A stretch of 32,000 nucleotides of DNA, from the NCBI GenBank assembly GCA_964647905.1, contig CAZYJR010000030.1, positions 5,042 to 37,041 on the forward strand, written 5' to 3'. Source of the stretch: an uncultured Desulfobacterales bacterium (GTDB taxonomy: Bacteria; Desulfobacterota; DSM-4660; Desulfatiglandales; HGW-15). Positions 25,408 through 32,000 of this stretch are shown here, piece after piece; the first letter of the stretch is position 1; every line of letters starts with the position of its first letter. The notes beneath the pieces are model-generated. The model was not told the origin of the DNA. It worked only from the letters and a program-made list of their open reading frames with translations, and searched no databases. The position numbers and the translations under genes were made by a program.

Positions 25408-27249
25408 TCAGGCCCTCTCCAGGATCGTTACCAATCCGCTCTCTCCGTCTATCCTGATCAGGTCCCCGGTCTTGATGAACGAGGTGGCCCTGCCGGTCCC
25501 CACCACCGTCGGCAGGGCATACTCCCGGGCGATGATGGCCGCATGGCACATGGACCCTCCCACGTCCGTGACCGCGCCCTTGATCTTGGTAAAGGCGGGA
25601 GCCCAACTGGGGGCCGTGGTGCTCGCCACCAGGATCTCGCCGTCCTGGAGCTCTGCCAGGCCCTCCACGGTCCGGATGACCCGGGCCCTGCCTTCGGCTA
25701 CGCCCGAAGAGCCGGGCGCTCCGACCAGCTCGTTCTCCTCGCCCTCGCCCGCCGGTTCACTGCCGGCAAGCCACTGCTTGAGCACATCCGTTGTAACGCC
25801 CCAGAGCATTATGGTGAAGGGCTCGGTGACCACCTCCGGGGGTACGCCCAGGGCCGGGGGCGGGCTCCACTCCCTGAATTTCTCCAGCACCTCCCTGCAC
25901 CACCTGATCTCCGGCGGCCAATAGGAGGGCCCTCTGGGCTTCACTCCGGTAGCCCAGGCGGTCGCGTAATCCCACAGGGCGTCCCGTATCTCCCCCCGCT
26001 TGAGGTACCAGATGTCCTCCTTGTCCTCCATGAATCCGGCCCCCTGGAGTATGGCCGCCACTTCCCTGACCTTGTTCCAGAAGACGCTGTGGAACCAGTT
26101 CTCCACGTAGAAGATGTGGTTCTCCGCGTAGGGGTATACGAGGCGGGCAATGGAGAGGGTCTTGTCAAAGGTCTCCCGGTCCTCAGGGGTTTGGATCAGC
26201 GAGCGGTACTCATCCACCACCTTGTCCCTCTCCCGGACCAGCCGTCCCGTGGGCCGGTCGATCTCCTTTCCTGACTTGAGGGCGTTTACGTGCATCCGGA
26301 TGGAGGTTATTGGGACATCCAGTTTGTCGTTCCAAGAGGCGTGGTGATGATACCAGCCAGTTCCGGTGGAGATGTAGAACCAGGGGTATCTTGCCTTTTC
26401 CAGCTCGGCCAGCCATTTCCCGCCTTCAGGCTTCTTCTTCAGCTCCTCCATCAGGGTATCCGCTTCCAGCGGCTCCAGGAGCAGATCTTCTATCCCCAGC
26501 TCGAGACCCAGCTTGGCCAGCCTTATCAGCTCCGCATTGGGCCTCATGATCATGGCGTCTATGCCTGATACCATTTTGGTCACCGTCTCCATCGGGACAT
26601 TGGGGAAGATCTGCCGGACGGTGTCGCTGAAGGTGAGAAAGGCCGCATAGCAGAGATTCAGCATCTCGAAGTGGTACTGCCAGCACTTGAAGCCCATATC
26701 AATCAAATTGTCATACTTGCGCATGAGGTGGTATCCGCTCCCGGTGCCCCTGTTCTCGAACACGATGGACTTGTCCTCCACCTCTGGGAGGGGCTGAAAG
26801 GATACCGCCTCGAGCTGGTCCAGGAGCCCCTTCATCCTCCCTTCCCATTCGGAGTAGAGGCTGTCCCAATTGTCATAGTAGTACCCGGCCCGCTCCATGA
26901 ACACGGGCACCCGGGCCTCCACCTCTTTCGGGTCGTCGATGCCTATGGGAGTGATGTACACATAGCCGTTTACGATCCGGTGCTCGATACCCTTTGCCGG
27001 CGGCACCAGAAAGGTCCTGGTGTTGTTCTGGGACAGGGCCAGGAACCAGGCCTCGTCCCAGATCAGGTCAAAGGGCGGGTGGGGCTCGGGATAGTGGAGC
27101 CCGTCGTAGTACCAGAGCTGATTGCTCTCATGTGCCGCCCGCTCCGGGTCGTCCTTGGTGAAGAGGTAATGATAAGGATACATCCTCTCCCAGCCCTCGG
27201 TTCCCGGTATGGTGGGGACATCGTGCGGATCCGTGAATTTTGCAGCCAT
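25408..27249 (-). CDS. Phenylphosphate synthase alpha subunit-like protein, copy 2 (orphan, no adjacent PpsB)
   Basis: 613 aa, collinear with copy 1 over its full length; I estimate well over half the residues are identical by eye. The catalytic His context is conserved (TDVGGSMCHAAIIAREYALPTVVG). An AGGAGG Shine-Dalgarno lies 8 nt upstream. Confidence 0.8.
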   Translation of the reverse strand: MAAKFTDPHDVPTIPGTEGWERMYPYHYLFTKDDPERAAHESNQLWYYDGLHYPEPHPPFDLIWDEAWFLALSQNNTRTFLVPPAKGIEHRIVNGYVYITPIGIDDPKEVEARVPVFMERAGYYYDNWDSLYSEWEGRMKGLLDQLEAVSFQPLPEVEDKSIVFENRGTGSGYHLMRKYDNLIDMGFKCWQYHFEMLNLCYAAFLTFSDTVRQIFPNVPMETVTKMVSGIDAMIMRPNAELIRLAKLGLELGIEDLLLEPLEADTLMEELKKKPEGGKWLAELEKARYPWFYISTGTGWYHHHASWNDKLDVPITSIRMHVNALKSGKEIDRPTGRLVRERDKVVDEYRSLIQTPEDRETFDKTLSIARLVYPYAENHIFYVENWFHSVFWNKVREVAAILQGAGFMEDKEDIWYLKRGEIRDALWDYATAWATGVKPRGPSYWPPEIRWCREVLEKFREWSPPPALGVPPEVVTEPFTIMLWGVTTDVLKQWLAGSEPAGEGEENELVGAPGSSGVAEGRARVIRTVEGLAELQDGEILVASTTAPSWAPAFTKIKGAVTDVGGSMCHAAIIAREYALPTVVGTGRATSFIKTGDLIRIDGESGLVTILERA

Positions 27250-27267
27250 CGTGCTTCCCTCCTTCTC

Positions 27268-27280
27268 TATTCATTGAATA
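27268..27280. promoter_or_regulatory. Palindrome TATTCA-T-TGAATA immediately 5' of the ppsA-2 Shine-Dalgarno
   Basis: 6-bp arms are exact reverse complements with a 1-nt spacer, 19-31 nt upstream of the ATG. Confidence 0.25.
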
Positions 27281-27534
27281 AGAAAGGTCATTGCTTCGGC
27301 CTCACCCTTTTGAAGGAGCAGCAAAGCACAGCAGGTAATGAGCGGACAGGCCGGGTCGTGCCGGATGAGGGGCTATGACGCGCGGGTCTTGCAGTCGGAG
27401 ACTCGGGCTCACTCCGGTTTCCGCCGTACGGTCTCCACTCAGGGCGGAGAGCGGGCCCCGGCCGACCTTAATATTACCTTAAAAGTAGGAATTATGGATA
27501 CTTGAAGGGCCATGGCCCGGCTCTCCTCCGGGAA

Positions 27535-27568
27535 AGGCCTGCGGCGGCGCTGGGGCCGTCGCAGGCCT
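27535..27568 (-). terminator. 9-bp GC stem (AGGCCTGCG / CGCAGGCCT, 16-nt loop) 14 nt after the Mo/W-enzyme stop codon; weak T-tract (UUCCC)
   Basis: Read directly from the sequence. It lies between the acetylene-hydratase-like gene and the ppsA-2 leader. Confidence 0.3.
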
Positions 27569-27581
27569 GTTTCGGTCGGTC

Positions 27582-29791
27582 TCAGCGGGTCAACGGGGTC
27601 TCTCCGGAGAAGTCCTTCACCTTGTAGACCTTGCACTGGTAGGTCCTGAGCGGCCAGGAGCCCAGGGCCTCGTCGCAGGTCTCTTCGGTGCTCGAGGTGC
27701 AGACGTTGATGTTGGACAGCCACACCCCGTGCAGCCACGGCTCCTCTCCCGGCATCTCCGGGTACCACCACCCGTGCTGCCCGTGGACCACCCTGGGATC
27801 CAGGTCTTGGTCCAGGATCGCCTTCTGCATCACTCTTCCGTGCTTGGTCTCTATCCAGACCCAATCGCCGTCGGCTATGCCGAACTCGGCCGCCGTGTCC
27901 GGGTGGATCTGCATCCTGGCCCAGGGATAACGCTTCCTCAGGGTCTCCACCTGCCGGTGCTCGGAGTGGAAGAACGGGTGGAAGCGCCCGCCCGTAATCA
28001 GCACCAGCGGGTAGTCGCTCGCCAGCTCGGGGGTACGGGAGAAGCTCTCCGGCGGTTCGTGGTATCGGGGGAGGGGGTCGTAGCCCAGGGTCTCCATAAC
28101 GGTGGAGTAGAGCTCGATCTTGCCGGTTGGAGTCCCGAATCCGGTCTTTTCATACTTCTTGTACTCGTATTTTTCAGGAGCCCATTTCCCCATTTTCACC
28201 AGCTCTTCGAATGTCTTGCCCATGGGGGAGAGCCTGTAGTCGTAGTAGTCCTCTACGGTCTCCCAGGGCCAGTACTCCTCCTGTCCCAGCCTGATGCCCA
28301 GGCCCCGCCAGAAGTCGAAGTCGTTTCTCCTGTCGTACATCCCGGGTATGGACGCGGGAAGTGCAGCTTCCCCGGCCCTTATCACCGGTGTGGTGTTGTG
28401 GTAGTTCCACAGGAAGGAGCGCTCCAGCCACAAGGCGCTCGGGAGCACGTAGTCCGCCATTTGAGCGCTCGGCGTCATGAAGTAGTCGACCACCACGTAG
28501 AGATCCAGGCTCTTCAGGGCCTTGTGCACCAGCTTGGTATCGGGGATGGTCACCATTGGGTTGGAGGAAAGGGTGATCAAGGCCCGCACCGGGTAGGGGT
28601 CGGAGTAGGCGATGGCCTTATAGAGCGAAGGCGCCGGGGCCATGCAGGTGTAGCCGAACATGTCGCAGCGTTTGCCCCATACCTTCTCCACGTTGCTCTG
28701 TACCAGCTCATAGCCCGGCCATGTATAGAGCCTGAACTGGTTGCCCAGGATCTTCTTCCTCTGCTCCTTGGGCAGGGCCTCGGCCAGCTCTATCTCGTGC
28801 TCCGTGATGAAGGGGGCGGCCCCATGAGCTCTTCTCCGCCCTTTACGTCCACGTTGCCCACTATGGCCGATATGATGTGCCTGGCGGCCAAGGCCCCGTA
28901 GGAGTTGGGTTGATGGGCCACGCCCATCCCCTCCATGGCGCAGGACGGCGTCTCTGTGGCGAACATCCTGGCCGCCTTTACTATCTGCTCGCCCGGGACC
29001 CACGTGATCTCCGAGGCCTTGTCCACCGGGTATTCGGCCGCCCGCTCAGCCAGCTCCTCGAACCCGTGGCACCAGTTGGTCACAAAGTCCCGGTCGTAGA
29101 GTTTCTCCTCGATGATCACGTTGATCATGGACATGAGTAGGGCGCAGTCGGTCCCGGGCCGGATCCTCAGCCACAGGTCCGCGGCCTCTGCGGATTCCGA
29201 CTTCCTGGGGTCCACCACGATCAGCTTGGTCCCTCTCTCCTTTGCCGCCATCACCCCCTCCCATATGGTCTGGTGAGTGTGGGGCGGGTTCCGGCCGATC
29301 AGCATGACGCACCTGGTGCTGCCCAGCTTCTCCGTGTTCATCCAATAGGGCCACCAGCCGTAAAGGGTGGTGGCCACCACCGCTGAGTTGCCGTGGCAGA
29401 TCTGGGCTTGGCCGCACTGGTTGGGGCTGCCGAAAAGGTTCAGGAACCTCGAGTTGAGCTCTTCGTAGGTCCTGCTGGTACCTGCGGTCACGCCCAGGGT
29501 TTCAGCGCCGTAGCGGTCCTTGAGCTCCTGGAGCTTCCACGCGATCTCGTCCAGGGCCTCGTCCCAGGTTATGCGCTGCCACTCGTTCGCCCCGCGGTCA
29601 CCCCGTCTCTTCAGCGGGTAGTTCAGACGGCCCGGGTGATAGAACCTCTCCAGGTCCGAGCAGTACTTGCGGGGGCAGGCCTTGATGGGCGATCTCTCGA
29701 TCTTGACCAAGCGGTTGTCTTCCACTTCCACTGCCAAGCGGCACCTGGGCTTGCACCAGAAACAGATGGAGTGCTTCACTTCCTTGGGCAT
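27582..29791 (-). pseudogene. Cytoplasmic Mo/W-bis-PGD oxidoreductase, acetylene-hydratase-like subfamily, interrupted by a single -1 frameshift (or assembly indel) at about 28812-28823
   Basis: Two overlapping track ORFs (28790-29851 and 27582-29003) together make one collinear protein of about 736 aa. The N-terminal 4Fe-4S motif is CFWCKPRC...C, and there is no twin-arginine signal. The conserved ICHGNSAV segment holds a candidate metal-ligand Cys. The join lies at ...GNVDVKGGEELMG|(A/P)APFITEHEIELAEALPKEQ, within the G4/C5 run ATGGGGCCGCCCCCTTC. Start chosen at MPKEVKH (29791) with a GAGGAGGTG Shine-Dalgarno. Confidence 0.75.
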
Positions 29792-29877
29792 TACATCACC
29801 TCCTCGGGTAGGGTTTATAAGCGGGAGCTCCATCTCCCGGGCTGAGGTCAAGCTCTCACATGCCGTTGCCGCTGATC

Positions 29878-29891
29878 AAATCAATTGATTT
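29878..29891. promoter_or_regulatory. Perfect 14-bp palindrome AAATCAATTGATTT upstream of the Mo/W-enzyme gene
   Basis: The sequence is self-complementary. It is about 90 nt upstream of the start codon, in the AT-rich island of the divergent intergenic region. Confidence 0.3.
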
Positions 29892-29899
29892 TTCAGGAT

Positions 29900-29918
29900 C
29901 TCTAAGTTTTTCTTAGAG
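29900..29918. promoter_or_regulatory. Perfect inverted repeat CTCTAAG-TTTTT-CTTAGAG, 8 nt from the 14-bp palindrome
   Basis: 7-bp arms are exact reverse complements. Confidence 0.3.
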
Positions 29919-30013
29919 CCGGCCCCCGGTTCAGCGCCCTTTCCCCTGGACGGCCGGGGAAGGCGTGGGTATGGTTTGCATCAAGTCGGGTCCCATATCG
30001 GAGGAGCGCTCAA

Positions 30014-30763
30014 ATGCGGAGGGGTGAGGCGAGCCGTAGCACCGGGTGGTTCCCGGCCTTGATCCTCTTGGTTCAGGTGACGCTTATTGCCGCCTGCGGC
30101 GGGGACAGGCCTCCTGAGGAGATCCTGGGGAGGTGGATCACCGAGTCCCCACGCTGCCCGATGTGCGCCATGGAGATAGAAAGCGAGACCATCACCTTCT
30201 CAAGGGGCCTGAGTCACATCACCATAAACCCCATAAAGGACGTGGAACGCCGGGCGGAGGCAGGCAAAGTCCTCTACGAGATACACTACGAGGGGCAGGA
30301 CGGAGGGGACTTCGTTCTGAGTCTTTACTACTTTCCGGACCGGGACGTGATCCGGTTCAAGCATCAGAAGGAGATGCTCTGGGTCAGGGGCGAGGAGGAC
30401 CATGCCAATTTCCCCTTGCATTTTCCCGTTTCAAGAGATTTGCTGTGCTGCCGATGGAAAGTGAATAGACCCGACCGGCCTTCCGCCGCCCTCTTGCAAC
30501 TGGAGAATGGCTGTGGACGTGATCGTCACTCACAAGAACACCGACTTCGACGCAGCGGCCTCCGCCTTCGCCGCCCAGGTGATTTACCCGGGGGCCGTTA
30601 CCGTGTTGCCCGCCGACTTGAATCCCAACGTCAAGCAGTTCCTATCCATACACAAGGACCTGTTTGCCTGGTCCCTGCCCAGGGAGATACAGTGGGATCG
30701 AGTCAGCCGCCTGGTGGTGGTGGACACCAACGACTGGAAGCGTCTGGACGGTGTGAGGCTTGA
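30014..30763 (+). CDS. Small putative lipoprotein of unknown function (3' end uncertain)
   Basis: Signal peptide plus lipobox (WFPALILLVQVTLIAAC-GG). The first ~140 aa look protein-like. The last ~85 codons overlap the next gene out of frame and are Arg/Gly/Pro-rich, like off-frame translation. Confidence 0.4.
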   Translation: MRRGEASRSTGWFPALILLVQVTLIAACGGDRPPEEILGRWITESPRCPMCAMEIESETITFSRGLSHITINPIKDVERRAEAGKVLYEIHYEGQDGGDFVLSLYYFPDRDVIRFKHQKEMLWVRGEEDHANFPLHFPVSRDLLCCRWKVNRPDRPSAALLQLENGCGRDRHSQEHRLRRSGLRLRRPGDLPGGRYRVARRLESQRQAVPIHTQGPVCLVPAQGDTVGSSQPPGGGGHQRLEASGRCEA

Positions 30764-31814
30764 TACCGAGGCTCCCCCTCCGGAGATCCACCTCTGGGAC
30801 CACCACCTCTCTCCGGCCACCATTGAGGCCGACTGGGAGCACTGCGTGGCCGTGGGGGCCGTCGCCACCCTGTTCGCCCGGCGAATGGAAGACGAGGCCG
30901 TCCCCATCTCGCCCATACAGGCCACGTTATTTCTGGCGGGCATTTACGAGGATACCGGCAATCTCACCTTCCCTTCCACCACACCGGTGGACGCCCGGGC
31001 CGTGGCCTTCCTGCTCAAGAGGAAGGCGGAAGTCGAGATCGTCAACACCTTTCTCAGGCCCGCCTACGGGCCCAAGCAAAAGGACGTACTGTTCGGGATG
31101 CTCCAGGAGGCGGAGCGCTCAAAGGTCAACGGCTACAACGTGAGCGTGAACCACTGCGAGATCAACGGCCACGTCCAGGGCCTGGCCCTGGTGGTGGAGA
31201 TGTACCGCGACATCATGAACGTGGACGCCGCCTTCGGCATCTTCACCGAGCCGGCCAGAAACCGCACCATGGTGATAGGCCGGAGCGCGGTCGACGGCAT
31301 CAACGTGGGGGCGGTCATGCGGGCCATCGGCGGCGGCGGACACCCCGGAGCGGGCTCCGCCCTGATGAAGAAAGCCCCGCCCCCCGAGCACATCCGCTCT
31401 CACCTCCTGGAGCTCATCGAGGGCAACCAGAGACCGGTGGTTCGAATAGGGGACCTGATGTCGTTCCCGGTCTTCACGGTCTCCGAGGACACCCCCATGA
31501 GCGAGGCCGCCCGGATCTTGAGAGACAAGGGATGCACAGGCCTACCCGTGGTCCGGGGCGAGGAGCTTGTCGGGGTGATCTCCAGGCGGGATTTCAAGAA
31601 GTTCCGCGGCCGCGGCAAGAAGGATCCCCCGGTAAAGGCCTTCATGTCCACAAACGTCCAAACCATAGACCCCGCCCAGAGCGTCATGCAGGCGGCCCGC
31701 ATCATGGTCAAGAACGACATCGGCCGCCTCCCGGTCATAGACAACGGAAGGCTCATCGGCATCGTCACCCGCTCCGACACCATGCGCTACTACTACGACC
31801 TCCTCCCCGACTGA
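30507..31814 (+). CDS. DHH/DHHA1 phosphoesterase-domain protein with a C-terminal CBS pair
   Basis: 435 aa. DHH motif I (VIVTHKNTDFDAAASAFAA), VVVDTN, a DHH-like WDHH motif, the DHHA1 motif GGGGHPGAGSA, then two CBS repeats (MSFPVFTVSEDTP...LPVVRGEELVGVISRRDF and MSTNVQTIDPAQS...LPVIDNGRLIGIVTRSDT). The start could be the GTG two codons downstream. Confidence 0.8.
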   Translation: MAVDVIVTHKNTDFDAAASAFAAQVIYPGAVTVLPADLNPNVKQFLSIHKDLFAWSLPREIQWDRVSRLVVVDTNDWKRLDGVRLDTEAPPPEIHLWDHHLSPATIEADWEHCVAVGAVATLFARRMEDEAVPISPIQATLFLAGIYEDTGNLTFPSTTPVDARAVAFLLKRKAEVEIVNTFLRPAYGPKQKDVLFGMLQEAERSKVNGYNVSVNHCEINGHVQGLALVVEMYRDIMNVDAAFGIFTEPARNRTMVIGRSAVDGINVGAVMRAIGGGGHPGAGSALMKKAPPPEHIRSHLLELIEGNQRPVVRIGDLMSFPVFTVSEDTPMSEAARILRDKGCTGLPVVRGEELVGVISRRDFKKFRGRGKKDPPVKAFMSTNVQTIDPAQSVMQAARIMVKNDIGRLPVIDNGRLIGIVTRSDTMRYYYDLLPD

Positions 31815-32000
31815 CCCCGACGGCTGCAAGCTGGATTCAGGATCCCATCCGGATCGCCGTGGTATCACAATTGCATAAGACAACTGTCAATCCCGGCAAG
31901 GAGAATCGGATCCGGGAGGAAAATCCCCTTTTGAGCGAAGGGTTGAACATGGCCTTGATTCCCTCTTACGGGAGGCAAAGAAAGGGATACCTGGCTGTCG

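Noticed and set aside
25220-25430. Minus-strand frame after ppsA-2 encoding a transmembrane-helix-like stretch (…YEHELWLATALLSFTFPVIAIYTGCFDFWPLKEPGPERQ stop)
   Set aside because: There is no ATG, GTG or TTG start between the upstream in-frame stop (25428-25430) and the hydrophobic segment. It could be a gene remnant, but I cannot support it.
28790-29003. Reading the Mo/W enzyme as two separate, overlapping genes (a naturally split enzyme)
   Set aside because: The two halves are collinear with a single-polypeptide enzyme family. The second ORF's N-terminal ~60 residues are off-frame-like. One base in a homopolymer restores a single frame.
1-32000. CRISPR arrays, tRNA/rRNA genes, transposases, integrases, long tandem repeats, in-frame TGA selenocysteine candidates
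   Set aside because: I found no regularly spaced repeats, no cloverleaf-like or rRNA-like segments, and no ORF with DDE, tyrosine or serine recombinase motifs. The only interrupted gene is explained by a frameshift, not an in-frame stop.

Overview
This is a bacterial chromosomal segment. It is mostly high-GC by eye, and its codon usage and gene content fit a strictly anaerobic aromatic-compound degrader; I cannot assign a taxon from sequence alone.

The core (about 4.7-17.3 kb, all on the minus strand) is one tightly packed operon that looks like a complete peripheral pathway from phenol to benzoyl-CoA. In transcription order it encodes:
- phenylphosphate synthase-like PpsA and PpsB
- a single UbiD-family carboxylase
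- an EntE-like aryl-acid CoA ligase
- a UPF0261 (Tm-1-like) protein
- a two-CBS PpsC-like protein
- UbiX
- a three-subunit xanthine-dehydrogenase-family enzyme resembling 4-hydroxybenzoyl-CoA reductase (FAD, 2Fe-2S and Mo subunits)

A divergent LysR regulator sits upstream of this operon. Downstream on the same strand, after a visible drop in GC, lie an XRE-cupin regulator, a PaaK-like CoA ligase and a TRAP transporter (dctPQM; dctM runs off the left edge).

The right half contains:
- an unannotated 41-aa AbrB/SpoVT-type mini-gene
- a divergent cysteinyl-tRNA-synthetase-like paralogue
- a Cys-rich 4Fe-4S protein coupled to a second UPF0261 paralogue
- arfB
- a low-GC AbiEii toxin-antitoxin islet
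- a second LysR regulator
- an orphan second PpsA paralogue
- a frameshifted cytoplasmic acetylene-hydratase-like Mo/W-bisPGD enzyme
- a small lipoprotein ORF
- a DHH-DHHA1-CBS protein

I saw no rRNA, tRNA, CRISPR array, transposase or integrase.

The most interesting leads are:
- the orphan PpsA2 plus acetylene-hydratase-like module
- the two UPF0261 paralogues, both lacking their usual partner
- a reductase FAD subunit without the 4Fe-4S insertion
- the CysRS-like protein with a degenerate zinc site

All homology calls come from reading the translated ORFs against remembered family motifs, not from database searches.
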